This document shows, piece by piece, positions 15,509-29,742 of a stretch of DNA of 64,000 nucleotides. The DNA is from Eledone cirrhosa (lineage: Eukaryota). The position numbers and the translations under genes were made by a program. Where the stretch lies: assembly GCA_964016885.1 (NCBI GenBank), contig OZ024740.1:344100001-344164000 (forward strand), read 5' to 3'. Position 1 is the first letter of the stretch. Each line of letters starts with the position of its first letter. The notes beneath the pieces were generated by a model. It did not search any database and was not told where the DNA came from. It was given only the letters and a program-made list of their open reading frames with translations.

Positions 15509-15687
15509 TCTACTTTTGACACAAGGCCAGCAATTATCCCAGTGTATTACTGGTACTTTATTTTATCGACCCCGTAAGGATGAAAGGCAGAGTTAACCTC
15601 GACGGGATTTGAACTCAGTCCGTAAAGGGACGTAACTGTGCTGCAAAGCATGGCGCCCGACCCTCTACCGATACTGCCAATTCACCA
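15503..15687 (-). mobile_element. SINE (same family), near full length, inside (TA)n
   Basis: Reverse complement of head, core and tail. Confidence 0.9.
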
Positions 15688-16050
15688 TATATATATAAAG
15701 ACATATACATCATGTATGATAAAGTTACAAGTGTCTGGATATGATTGTTTAAAGCTGTGATCATTTCACAACTATTATAGAAGCCGTTTGAGAATGTGCA
15801 ACACCTGTTCCTGGAATGTTATCTGCCATCAGTGACACTCACTACTTCGGTTCTGAGACAAGTATAATCTTATATCATATGACAAGTATAAGCTTATGAC
15901 AAATATAATCTTATATCATATATGTCTTTTTGCGCATGAAACATCTATATATCTCTATATGTTGTGTGCATTAGGATAGTTTATTGTGCACGCATGTAGC
16001 TATATGAGTGAATATCGGTTCATTATCATGATGAGCAGTGGAAAAATAAT

Positions 16051-16242
16051 TGTTTCTACTTTGGCACAAGGCCAGCAAACCCCGTGCATTACTGGTACTT
16101 TATTTCATCGACCCCGTAAGGATTAAAGGCAAAGTTAACCTCGGCGGGATTTGAACTCAGAATGGCAAGGGCCGTAAGTCTATGCGTCAAAGCATGGCGT
16201 CCGACTATCTACCGATACTGCCAATCCATCGCCCTTGGAGAT
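16051..16242 (-). mobile_element. Full-length SINE with 13-bp target-site duplication
   Basis: GTGGAAAAATAAT at 16038-16050 and 16243-16255 flanks the element. Confidence 0.9.
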
Positions 16243-17199
16243 GTGGAAAAATAATGACTACCGTTATGTAGGGTAGGATAACATATATTCAAAGCAAAGT
16301 CTGAGTAAATCGAGTTTCCCATGTCCGATAAATAAGCACACGCACACCTACACATCCGATTCGTTAGCTATAGGTAAATTCTGATCGACCAAACCTATTC
16401 AAGTCATATTTATATGGTTTTTAGGGGTCTGTATGAATACTGTATCTAATGGGTGCTTCCCTTAGTTACGATGTTTGTGTGTGACCTGAAAGTATTTAGA
16501 CTCTATTTCTAACTGGCCAATAGAACACTTTGATGGGCCATAAATCTTATTGTGAAGGGAGATGAAACAAGAGACCAAAAGAAATTCAAATTATGCCGTG
16601 AAAAGATGAACAGAAAAAGGCAAATAAATCTAAAAAAATCAGAGAACAACAGGTTGTTCACACTAATACAAGAAATCACAATAAAAGTAGATCAAGAGAA
16701 CAAGCTCTAATAATATAAACAATAATTTATAATATCAAGTTAAAGTTTGCAGTATCATCACCAGCAGACACAGCAGCAGTGATATCACGGAAAGGACCAG
16801 CAACATCTTCCTCAACAACAATAACAACGTAATATAAAACTGACAAGCACTGCAATGGCTACAGCAGTAACAGTTAACAGCATACACACTATCCACAAAT
16901 CTGTGAAGCTATACTATAATCAACGTCATTCCATTGATAGCAACGTGAAATAATCGTCAAGCCGAGATAATGTAATCGAGCGGTAAAGATGGCGACCAGA
17001 CTTTTTGTAGCTAATTTGTAATACTCAGCAGCGAGCAACAGGAAATTATCCCAATCACTGAGGCATACGTTCATCAAATTATATATGATGACTGATGTGT
17101 ATTTTATATAGTCAATTGACGCTGGAAACATCGTTTCCTGTCATGATCACCCTCGTTAAGGAACACTGAATTTGGTTGGCTACGAAATAAATGACCGTT

Positions 17200-17480
17200 T
17201 ATATTTATTTTGTATTTCTTTTTTTTTTGTAAGAAAATAGCTTTTAAACAAATTGTGCTATGATGTTTAGCTCGAAGGACAGAACCAGAATTATGTAAAA
17301 CAGATAAAAAATTACCTTTCAAATATTTTAAAAAGAAATAATAACGAATCCTCGAATAACTGTGGCCAGAATCACTGGATAGTTAGATGTTTCCCAAATA
17401 TATCAATGTATGTTAAAATATCATTTACTTCTCAATGAGCATTGGATGAAGTTTGCAAACATGTGATTCCATCTTATATT
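17200..17480 (-). mobile_element. Possible very old hAT transposase C-terminal remnant
   Basis: Broken frames WETSNYPVILA...SGSVLRAKH...AIFL loosely resemble the hAT dimerisation domain. Confidence 0.25.
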
Positions 17481-17685
17481 TGAACTTGTAAATCATGTAA
17501 AATACACTTTTGCTTCAGCAACTACTATTTCCAGAAACAGATGTTTTCGTTTTTTTTGCGCAACTGAAGAATATGAGAAAATGGGACATTAGATGCCATG
17601 CTGCAATTTTTTCAGGTAGAATCAGTTGCCATAATTAACCCTCTGAAAACATATCTACATTATTTAGATTATTGAAATGGAATAA

Positions 17686-17855
17686 TGGATTCTGATTTAG
17701 ACACAGGGCCAGCAGTTTTAGGGGAGGGGAAAGTCGATGAAATCGACCTCAGTGCATTACTGGTGCTTTATTTTATCGACCCCGTATGGATGAAAGGCCA
17801 AATCTCGGCTGGATTTACGTTCTGAACTCAGAACATAAAGGGCCGTAACTATGCG
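17686..17855 (-). mobile_element. SINE (same family)
   Basis: Reverse complement of core and tail. Confidence 0.85.
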
Positions 17856-18314
17856 AACCCTTACGATCCAGTAGAAAACGCCTGAAAAACTAATAAAATA
17901 TGCAATAGAAAGAGTATATTTATTATTCTTTGTATTGAAACATGTAATACATAGCTGATATAACTTTCCCTGTATTATTATATGCCTGAAACGATATAGA
18001 ATTAAGATTAGATCCTTCTCTTACGCAGTTATTTCGCATACGTTAAATATTTAAAGGTAAAATCTTAAAAGAGAAACAGGCGCTTTAACAGACAAATTAG
18101 GCAGGTGCAGCCATTGGTACATTAACACTTTGTGAGCAAAATATTATAGAAAGGAAATTTGCAGAAGTTGCATATAACTAAAAATAAGAGTAGTATTTGA
18201 TGCACGTGTGTTTGTGTGTAGGGGGGCGGGGGAGTTCCGGGTTCAATCAGGGGTAACCACAGTAAGTAATGTTCTCAGTACAAGAGTAGAGTGTAAACAT
18301 CAGGTTTAATATAG

Positions 18315-18409
18315 AAATGGTTTCCATAGGACTAGAACTGTTTCATGCGAAATCATCAGGAAAGCAGTTTCGTTTGAATGAAACAGTTCTAGTCCTGTAG
18401 AAACCATTT
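18315..18409. mobile_element. Fold-back hairpin containing an HHR core, family C (relatives ~50200-50270 and ~62620-62690)
   Basis: Arms 18315-18346 and 18378-18409; the minus strand has CTGATGA-tttcgcat-GAAAC. Confidence 0.65.
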
Positions 18410-18440
18410 GTATACACACACACACATATATATATATATG

Positions 18441-18631
18441 TAGAAAAATGTTCAAGACCCGACGGCAGAACTCAAGCCGTTTCGACGGCTATTTCATTCG
18501 AAAAATAGCCGTCGAAACGGCTTGAGCTCTGCCGTCGGGGTCTTGAAATTCCTATTACCCACTCTACTACCCTAAGTATTGAGTACTCTGGTGCGTTATG
18601 GTCCACCTGGTTCCTTACCACACTTCCTTCG

Positions 18632-18634
<3 letters not shown>
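18441..18634 (+). mobile_element. Family B copy with fold-back hairpin ~18451-18547
   Basis: Arms CAAGACCCGACGGCAGA..CCGTTTCGACGGCTATTT / AAATAGCCGTCGAAACGG..GCCGTCGGGGTCTTG. Confidence 0.85.
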
Positions 18635-18704
<70 letters not shown>

Positions 18705-18711
18705 TATATAC

Positions 18712-18744
<33 letters not shown>

Positions 18745-18755
18745 CATATATATAT

Positions 18756-18834
<79 letters not shown>

Positions 18835-19143
18835 CCATATATATATATATATATATATAAGGAATTTATATCTAGTAACATTTATATACACACAGGTGCA
18901 TATCAATGCTAGCAAATATATAGGTTTTGTGTCTTATTAACAATGTGGTTCACCACTCGCTTTCCACTGATTGACCTCGATGTCACGTGATTGATTCTTT
19001 TTGAATTTGCCACGGACGTGGAGGCAGTGATTTTCTCAATGGCTTGGAATCCAGTCCACGCATCGCTATTTCCATTCCACTGAATTATTTTTTTAATAAG
19101 TTTCCAGTGTCCTCGCTATGCCTGGAGACCTATACGGAAAAAG

Positions 19144-19226
19144 ACTTTCCTGATGACGGAATGATTTTCTATAAGTTTCTTCGGAAAATATATTTACTCC
19201 ATTCCAGAAACTAATTAGTTGGAAGT
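19144..19226 (+). ncRNA. Type I hammerhead ribozyme motif (C.A at 10.1/11.1, GUU site)
   Basis: actttc-CTGATGA-c-ggaatg...cattcc-a-GAAAC-taatta-GTT-ggaagt; palindromic stem III. Confidence 0.7.
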
Positions 19227-19271
19227 GATTTTTTAGTAAGTAATTTAATTTTATAATTTTCTTATTTTACG

Positions 19272-19354
<83 letters not shown>

Positions 19355-19484
19355 ATTCTAACATTTTATCAATGCACTCTCCCCTAAAGATAGTGGATTC
19401 CGTTATTGGACGACGGCTGTATTGTACTCCACTTTCAAAATATTATATTGCTGATATTAATTCCAACACCAATCCTGTGTTCTA

Positions 19485-19572
<88 letters not shown>

Positions 19573-19736
19573 GGCAACACTCATCTTTTTCCATTTCTCC
19601 GAGGGTTATAAACCCCACTATCAGGCTAGAAATGTCTTTAGTCTAAAATACGGTGAAAGCTTATAATTTCTAGTTTCTAATTTCAAACTCGCGCACCGTT
19701 TCAAAAACATACTTACATGTTTACGTTTATAATTTG

Positions 19737-19777
<41 letters not shown>

Positions 19778-19779
<2 letters not shown>

Positions 19780-21018
19780 CGGCGATGAATTAGTTTTGCG
19801 AGGTTTTTTATATGAAATCGTGTGTCGAAACAGATATTGTTATACTTGGGGAGGGTCATATTTGCGTAATATTGCCAGAATTAATAACAGAACACACTCA
19901 CTGTTTGGTTGGTTTTCGCTTCTCGCTGTCTTTTATTATATCTGCGATCTAACTTACTCGGTCCTCAATGTTGCCATTGACTGACCGGCGGTCAAAAATA
20001 ATACAGATACAATATAGACACAAACACATATATATATAGTTTACATAATTTACATAAATCTTTCGTTGCACATCTGCAACATCGTCAGTGGTGTTATATT
20101 CATTGTTCCTCCTGTTGTGTTGTATGTCTACGCCATTTTTTTTGTTCAGTCTGTCTATATATTTATTTATTTATTTGCTTGTTTGTTTATCTTATTTTAT
20201 TTTGTCTTCTTTGCGCATGCGTTTGCGTGTGTGTATAGTGTTATGTGTGATGTGTGACTAGTGTGTATAGTGTTGTGTCTGCTGGGTGACTAGTGTGTGT
20301 TTATGTGCTTGTTGTTATTGTGCTTGTGTATGTATTTATTTATCTTATTTTATTTAATTTTATTTACTTATTTATACTTCTCTTAGGTCAGTGTTGTTTG
20401 TTTGGGTGTTGTTGTTGTTCCACTCATTCTTTCTGTTTAGCTTTGGTCTTCTAATTTCTATTTCACTGGCCTCTCTGATTTGCCTATCTGCTGGGTCATT
20501 CCTATGTTTAGATATTATTCTAATTTCTATGTTGTCTATGTTACCGTCATGTTGTTGTCTAGCATGTTCGTATAGTACTGACCCGTTTTTTCGTCCTTTT
20601 AGTTCCCCCCAGTGTTGGTCTATCCTTTCACCTATGCTACGAGCTGTCTCACCTATGTATGTTGTTGTCATGTTTCTGCAAGTACCCTCTGTACATCTTA
20701 TGCTATAGACTACGTTTCTAGTTTTACAGTTTATCCGGGGGTTCACCTTACATATGATACACTTCCTATTGGTACAGTGGGTTTTCTTAAAAGGGTAGGT
20801 TTTGCTGATCAGGGATTTTATGGTGGTTCCTGGCTTTTCTACCACCTTTATTTTTAAGTGGGTCCTTCTCAGGGCCTTTCTACACTGGTTAGCTAATTTC
20901 CCTCCAGGGGTGGCGTCCACAAACATGACACTCTGATATCTCTGGTTGTCGTACCATGATGTGGCCTTCCCTATCTTATGTCTAGCCCTATCTAAGCTAT
21001 TCCATGATTTGCTCCTGT

Positions 21019-21021
<3 letters not shown>
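19778..21021 (-). mobile_element. 5'-truncated Penelope-like element: end of thumb, GIY-YIG endonuclease (ORF 20372-21021), 3' UTR and terminal module
   Basis: NVVYSIRC..YIGETARSIGERIDQH..RQIREA..LN motif with a Cys-rich linker. Frame intact; same family as 58117-61925; (TA)n flanks. Confidence 0.9.
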
Positions 21022-21085
<64 letters not shown>

Positions 21086-21086
<1 letters not shown>

Positions 21087-21571
21087 TAGCCGAATTACCC
21101 GTGCCTTGCTGCTTTTCACACATTTTTGAAAATGAAGATTGATTTTAAATCAGTGATATAATTTATGGAGAAAATCTCTGCATTTCAATATTACTAATGT
21201 AAAATGCAATGCATGAAAATTTGGAAAACATTATTTTTGTAATATATCAAATCAAAATTACATTATTAAATCTTATTCTTATTTTGTTTCTCGTAAATAA
21301 TTTTTTTCAAAATATCAATTCAAAACTTTTGTGAATAGACATCATATCTTGTCATTTACCTATGGTTTAAATTTCATCTAAATCGAAGGGAAAATATTTT
21401 CACCGCGGGTTTGTGTCCCCGCTGAACCCTTTGATTAAAATGAAATATAGTTATCTAAGTACCCTGGGCAATGTAGTTTCAGTATATATATGGTTATGGG
21501 GTCTATTTACAAAACAATAGGAGGGGTTTGTGAACAAACAAACAAACAGACAGCAACTACAAATATATAGA
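21086..21571 (-). mobile_element. Non-autonomous Helitron
   Basis: Minus strand begins A|TCTATATATTTG with a (GTTT)n microsatellite and ends GCACGGGTAATTCGGCTAG|T. Canonical TC...CTAG ends in an AT site; the subterminal hairpin is only half preserved. Confidence 0.7.
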
Positions 21572-22372
21572 TAAATGAGAGGTAGTGATGCTCTGACCAA
21601 GAGTGACTGGGTTGTGACTGGGATTATGGCAAATCAGGCATTATATAAAATTTATTAGATCTAGAGTCGAAATAATTAAGGTAACCTGACTCATTCGATA
21701 AATTAATGTTTCTTCCAGATAGGTACATTATTGAGCAGAAAAGGTGAAAATCAAAGTTTACCTCGGTGGTTTAATAAATAACCACATTCAAAATATTGTC
21801 CATATTGCGAGCTCCAACTGACAATGAGAGTCTTTTTGGATTCGCACGACCTGCTACAGTCAACAGGCAGAGATCACTCACATCCCAATTAAGTACTCTA
21901 AATAATAGATACATTGATCAATTAGTAGACCATGCTATACTGAAGGACGGCATGACGTTGGCTGGAACCTCTTAGCTTAGAGATCTGTTGATCTAGACTG
22001 AAAATAACGAAGAAAGAGAATCCCTTCTCTTGTTAATGTTTTCGGAAAATGAACTTACTGAGTATTCTTTAGATTACTTTAATATAATGGATGGAATAAA
22101 CACTTGAGATTCCACAAAGAATTTATATCAATCATAGAGACCTTGTACCAAAGCTATGAATATACGGTGTATAGTCTGCAGAATGGAAAATATGAAATGA
22201 TTTATTAACAATATTCTGAATATCCATTGTTTAGACATTATACGAATGAATGATATGAAAAGCGCAGATGTCTGCCACATCTGAAATATATACAACGGTA
22301 CAACCATATACAGGGCTAGATACTGATATACACAACGACATACATATCCAAATAGAAACAGACAGAACATTA

Positions 22373-22446
<74 letters not shown>

Positions 22447-22492
22447 TGTGTGTGTATGTGTGTGTCTGAGTGTCTTTATATATACATATATC

Positions 22493-24418
22493 TAAACGTT
22501 TGAATATGTATAATAAAGCGAAAACAATGCAGGTATGGACATAGAATAAAGAATGCAAATGCAAAAGATATTGTTGACAATTAGTCTTTTACCTTAGATT
22601 TATTTAAATGTCCTTAATTTTTGAGATAATATCTCTTCTTCGGAGGGAAGTAAAGCGGTTAAACCAGTGTTCTAAATAGCTTGCCAAGTCATGCTGACAG
22701 GAAATGGTATAGAGTATCTGTTCTATCTCTAATGTCAAAGAGTTAAGGTTAGGTGGATAAAGAGTAGTCTCCATTTAAAAGGTTTTTTTTTACATGCCTG
22801 TTTAAGTGTGTGGGAGAATGCATGAAGGTGTAAGTATGTGAGTGTGTGTGTGTGAGTGTGAGAAGATATGTCTATACGTAAATGTGGGGGATAGATGTTA
22901 TCTCGTGTTAGAACTTGTCTTTGTGTGTGTATGTGTGTGTGAGAGAGAGAATAAGTGGAGGTGTAAGCGTGTGTGTGTGTGTGTGTGCATGCGTGTGCGT
23001 GTGCGTGTGTGTGCGTGTGTGTGTGGGGGGATGTGTGTAAATATGGGGCTAAAAGCTGTATCAAGTTATAAATTGGGTGTTGAGATCTAGTCTATTATTG
23101 ATTGGTGGTTGTGTTTTGTCTATAATTATTGCTTCCTTAATTCTAAGATTGCCGAGGTTTCTTTCTTTAGTTTCTATCCTAACTGTTATGGTTTTGTCGG
23201 TGTTTTTGCATTTAACTAGGTATTTCTTAAATGAGGAAGCGTTAGTATTGAGGTGTTCTTTTATTCTTATGTGGAGTGGTCTGGTGGTGCTACCTACGTA
23301 GAAGTTGCTGCATTTGTCACACCCTAGTCTGTATACGACGTAAGCCTGGTGGCATAGGTCTGTGTCGCTGATGGGGCAGTTGGCTAGCCTGCAGCAGTTG
23401 TTATGTCTGGTGGAATGTCTTTTGGTCAGCTGTCCGCCTAGAGAAGGACCTGAGTGGGCCAGTTGGATATCTAGTCCCTCTTGTCTGATAGCTCTGTGGA
23501 TGGCTGTTGTTGTTTCGTCACTGAAGTGTGGGAGCTTCAGGAAGCAAGTGTTAGTGCCTCGGGTGTGGTGTACTCTGTTCTTTCTGGCACGGTTTGTGGT
23601 GGATGTCGTGTATCCGTTCAGTTTGAGTACTTCCAGGAAATGTGTGGTGTGTGTGTCTCGGTCTCTAGCGTCGGTGTATTTGTTCCGGATACGTGTAGTT
23701 CGTTCTTTATGTATCCAAACTTACCGCCGGCTGGGATGGCCGATCTGAAATGTACGAACAGGTCCCTGCTGGCGGCTTTTTTATAGAAGCAGGTGTGGAT
23801 GTTGCCTTCCTCTATTAACCTGAGTTGGAAGTCCAGTAGGGATAGGGATCCGCGGTCATCGGGGTGTTCCATGCTGAACTTTATACTGGCGTCCATGCTG
23901 GAGAATGTTGTGTATATTTTATCTGCCTCCTCACGGGATGATGTAAGGATAAGTATGTCATCTACATACCTTCTTCACCCGATATGTGACCAGTTCTAAC
24001 ACGAGATAACATCTATTCCCCACATTTACGTATAGACATATCTTCTCACACTCACACACACACACACTCACATACTTACACCTTCATGCATTCTCCCACA
24101 CACTTAAACAGGCATGTAAAAAAAAAAACCTTTTAAAGGGAGACTACTCGTTATCCACCTAACCTTAACTCTTTGACATTAGAGATAGAACAGATACTCT
24201 ATACCATTTCCTGTCAGCATGACTTGGCAAGCTATTTAGAACACTGGTTTAACCGCTTTACTTCCCTCCGAAGAAGAGATATTATCTCAAATATTAAGGA
24301 CATTTAAATAAATCTAAGGTAAAAGACTAATTGTCAACAATATCTTTTGCATTTGCATTCTTTATTCTATGTCCATACCTGCATGGTTTTGGCTTTATTA
24401 TACATATACAAACGTTTA
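22493..24418 (-). mobile_element. 5'-truncated Penelope-like element (RT YVDD to GIY-YIG, frameshifted) with inverted pseudo-LTR
   Basis: RYVDD at ~23957-23971, LSLLDF, YKKAAS..HFRSAIP and VVYRLGCDKCSNFYVGSTTRPLHIRIKEH. 22493-22915 is the reverse complement of 23992-24418. Confidence 0.92.
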
Positions 24419-24501
24419 TACCTCATTACACAATGCTTCAAGTGAACTATAACCTCCTCGAGTGAACTATAACAATGCTTCAAGTGAACTATAACCTCCT
24501 C

Positions 24502-24655
<154 letters not shown>

Positions 24656-24734
24656 GTGTGTGTGTGTGCGTTGATAGTAATCATAATAAATTTGAAGACT
24701 AAAATCCAAAGAAGGCTCGATAAGGATAAATATA

Positions 24735-25200
24735 TATCAGATATATAAGAACCGTTGAGCAAATATTTATTAAAATAACAGATTAAAGTTTAAGCAAAGA
24801 ATCGCTGCTTTTACACTTAACGGGATCTTCTGAAACGAAAAAAATCAATCTGTGAACGCAGAAGTAAATATTTCAAAAAACGTTGCAACCGGAGGAAGAC
24901 AGGAAGACGATACTTTGGTTCGTGGAAACGTTCCCTGGCAAAGAACGGAAAAAAACGGCAAAAACGAAGATAATGCGTCATTATTTGGAGCGGTGAAAAC
25001 AATTACACGCAAAGAGAAAACCACGTTTATGGTATAAATGAAGTCGTAGACTAATACTGTATTAGGTGGTTCGTGGAGACGTTCTCTGGCAATGAACGAA
25101 AAAAAAACGAAGATAATACGTCATTATTTGGAGCGTGGGAGAACAATTACACGCAAAGACAAAACCACGTTTATGGTATAACTGAAGTGGTAGACTAAAA
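24735..25200 (+). repeat. Interspersed repeat (head shared with 43040-43122) containing a tandem duplication (24917-25053 / 25068-25198); possibly Helitron-related
   Basis: GTTTAAGCAAAGAATCGCTGCTTT occurs at both loci; internal direct repeat. Confidence 0.55.
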
Positions 25201-25539
25201 TTCTATTTTGGAACCCGAATGATTCGCGGCTTCAGAGTTAAGATTAATGTCAATAAATCACAGAGGTAATTGAAATCAACAAACATTAAATATATACATG
25301 CGCGCATCCATATACGTACATACACATGCATAAGCGAAAACACCCGCCATGGGTATACAAATACAAGCACGTACACAAAAAAACCACACGCACGGACATA
25401 CAGAACCCACGGAGCGCCGGTACCCGCACACATAAGAACGTATACACCAAATACACATAAACATATATATAAAAAAATTATATATATATGTGTGTGTGTG
25501 CGTGTATACATATAATAATATGAATATAATATATACATA

Positions 25540-25577
<38 letters not shown>

Positions 25578-25592
25578 CACACACATATATAT

Positions 25593-26382
<790 letters not shown>

Positions 26383-26419
26383 ATACACATATATATATAT
26401 AAATATATATATATACGCA

Positions 26420-26451
<32 letters not shown>

Positions 26452-26454
26452 CAT

Positions 26455-26543
<89 letters not shown>

Positions 26544-26827
26544 TAGGCCGAATTTACTTGCAAACCGCCAGAGATTCGATTTTACTATTTTCCAATTATA
26601 CATATATTTATATATATATATAAATCGAACAAAAACATATACACCCACGTTACAATATGCACCACAAATACACGTATACGAAAATGAACATAGGTACAGG
26701 CATGCTGAGCTTTTAGTCCTCGGATGCACTTATTACAATTTTTATATATTCGAGTTATGATCGCCACCATCATTATCAAGCCCATTTCTTCTTCTTCTTC
26801 TTCTTCTTCTTCTTCAGTGGGGGGGGG

Positions 26828-27068
26828 GGCAATTATCCCAGTGCATTACTGGTACTTTATTGTATCGACCCCGTAAGGATGAAAGGCAAAGTTAACCTCG
26901 GCGGGATTTGAACTCAGAATGGCAAGGGCCGTAAGTCTATGCGTCAAAGCATGGCGTCCGACTATCTACCGATGCTGCCAATCCATCGCCCTTGGAGATG
27001 TGGAAAAATAATGACTACCGTTATGTAGGGTAGGATAACATATATTCAAAGCAAAGTCTGAGTAAATC
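26828..27068 (-). repeat. Copy of the 16080-16311 SINE together with its unique flank
   Basis: Near-identity continues past the SINE head and TSD through ...GCAAAGTCTGAGTAAATCG. Confidence 0.85.
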
Positions 27069-27429
27069 GGGCCAATAATAATGGTTCACTCTTTTAGTTC
27101 ATAAGACACTTCTACTGTTTCTATAGTCATTTGGGAATTGTATATATCATAACAGAAGACTTACCTCTAATTCATGTCTCGACTCGCGTTTCACGAGTAT
27201 TAGATAGATTTAGCGGTCTTCACTTTCCCTGGTACTTTCAATACGTTCACTGCCCTCCACACTGCCACACTTTCTTTCTTCTACGTATAACAGCACCGAA
27301 ACGCTGAAGAATTACTGCAATGTACGATATTATTTCATAGGAGGATACTTTTGTAGATAGGTTTGGTAGAATTTTTTATACGCATGCGTGTTTACACACA
27401 CACAGATACACACACACGCATACATATAT

Positions 27430-28656
27430 TATATACATATAGAAGTAAAAAACAAAATAACAAAAACAATAAGGTAGAGTGCAGTACAAACAGTGTGGTA
27501 TTAGGTTTACGCTTGAAAGTGGGTGGTGGGGACGATGTTTCGGGCATAAGACCTTCATCAGGAGAAAAGTGGGAAGGAAAAGTGTTCTGAGTGGTGGAAA
27601 TACATTAAAAAAGGGGAAGAAAATTAAAAGGAAGGAAAAAAATTAAAATGAGGTAAAAAAAAACAAAAAAACAAGTGGTGAAAGAGTGTGAGGCGTGTAG
27701 AGGTGGTGGTGGGTGGATGAAGAGGGAGAGGGGAGAAGGAAACAGGGGGGTCCGAGCGGGGAGGCCGGAAGGTGATGTGTGTGTATGTGTGTAGGTGTAC
27801 GTGTGTGTGTGTGTATGTGTGGAGGTGAGTGTGAGAGTTAGGGGAAGAGCGAGGTTCCATGTTCGGGTAATAGGAAAACCAGTGTGTTGATGGGGTGGGT
27901 ATAAGTCAGTGTGTGTATGTGCGTGTGGATGGTGAGGGGTCGGAAGGGTTTTGGAGAGGGGGTGTGTGGGAGTCTGGAGGCCGAGTAGGTGTATGTGAGG
28001 ATACGCACGTGTGTGTGTGTGTTTGTGTGGTGTGGATACGTGGGAATGTATGTTTGCGTGTGTGAAAATAGTGTAAGTTTTTGTGTGTGTATGGGGGTGG
28101 GGGGTAGTACGGGGGGCAGAGAAAGAAGGTGTTGGGTACAGTATGGGTGAGTGTGATATACTGGTGTGTGTTCGTGTGTGTGTTGAGGGGGAAGGTTGGT
28201 TGGAGGATGTTTAGTATTATTAGTGGTGGGGGTGGGGGGTGGGGTCGGATGTGGATGTGTGTGGGGGGGGTTAGTGTTGGTAGTAGGGTGTGTGAATAGT
28301 GTGAGTGTATATATGTACTGGTGTGTGTGTGCGTTTTGAAGGTGTGGGGGCGTGTGTGATAGGGGATGGTGTGGGGTTGTTAGTATTATTAGTGTGGGGT
28401 GGGCAACGGGGGTGGGGGTGGCTGGAAGTGGAGTGGACAGTGAATCTTGGGAGTATCTTGTGGTGTTAGTAGGGTGTGTGTGTAGGGGAGAGGGATGGGG
28501 ACGGTCGAAGGCTAAAGGAAGAGGGGTGGGGGGTTCAGGCCGGCTCGTCTGTGGGTCTGTAAGGTGAAGCTGGTGTTTTGTACTGCCCTAAGGCGGGTTG
28601 CGGGGGTCCCATGGCATTCGATCAGGCCACAGACGGTGAAGTTGTTGGCGGAGTGT

Positions 28657-28659
<3 letters not shown>
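27430..28659 (-). mobile_element. 5'-truncated PLE, family E: last ~50 codons of GIY-YIG, C-rich 3' UTR and HHR core
   Basis: GHSANNFTVCGLIECHG..FTLQTHRRAGLN. Minus-strand CTGATGAAGGTCTTATGCCCGAAAC at 27537-27561; homologous to 41380-41855. Confidence 0.8.
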
Positions 28660-28720
<61 letters not shown>

Positions 28721-28896
28721 ATGTATGTGTGTGAGGGGGTTGCGTATGTGTTCACGCATGCATATGTGGGGAGAGGTGTCTCTGAAATTTGAAAGTTGTG
28801 CTTCCCAGGACAAATGACAATACTGGTAGTCGAGCAGTATAAATAATTGTTGAGAGAAATGGGTAAAGTATGTGCGTGCCTATGAATGCATTTATA

Positions 28897-29410
28897 TACG
28901 AGGTGTTCTGATATGAAACAGGACTAATCCCCTTAAATCTGTTGCACTTTCCTATCCATCTCCACTACGCCAGTATGTTCCCCTGGAAGGATTTTCCGGG
29001 TTTCTTTTACGCTCCGTCGTCACAGTTCTCTTGATGGCTTCATGTTCGGAAAACCGGCTTCCTTGATGACACACTTGGTCTTCGGGAAAAGGAAAATATT
29101 ATACGGATCCAGGTTTGTTGAGTAGGGTGGTTGGTTCAGCATAGTGTTGTTCTTGGCCAGGAACTGCCAGATACTCCTAGCAAATATTAGGCATGCCCAA
29201 ATCTTCGATGGTATTCTTCCAAATGGTGTTGCAGTTCATGCCCAGCTCACTTATGTTCAGTCGAACAGTTAGCCGACGATCGCCACGTACCACCTACATC
29301 ACGCGCTCAAAGTTTGCCTCATTCCTGCTCGTTGAAGACCTTTCGTTCCTGGGATCGTCATCAACATCCACACGTCCCTTCTTGTACCTTTTGTATCTTT
29401 CAAAAACCTT
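28897..29410 (-). mobile_element. Internally deleted mariner transposon remnant
   Basis: TA+TACGAGGTG terminus. Degenerate QPPYSTNLDP..FLFPK (YSPDLAP motif) and GRVDVDDDPR..DRRLTVR..DLGM (N-terminal DNA-binding region). Confidence 0.8.
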
Positions 29411-29516
29411 CCATATTATGTGTCCGCCTAATGTTCTTGTGACAAAGTTTTGATCTTATATTTGTGTTTGACTTTTGTTATCAACTCCGATATATTCCGG
29501 TCTTGTGCTAGGATGA

Positions 29517-29575
29517 ATCGATCGCCACTCATTAAATGTTTGAAATTTTAAACACTCTTTGATTGTCATTTACAT

Positions 29576-29644
<69 letters not shown>

Positions 29645-29694
29645 TAAATGACAATCAGAGAGTGTTTAAAATTTCAAACATTTAATGAGTGGCG

Positions 29695-29700
<6 letters not shown>
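29517..29700. repeat. Inverted duplication (29517-29578 / 29638-29700) centred on (TA)n
   Basis: Arms are reverse complements with about one mismatch. Confidence 0.9.
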
Positions 29701-29742
<42 letters not shown>

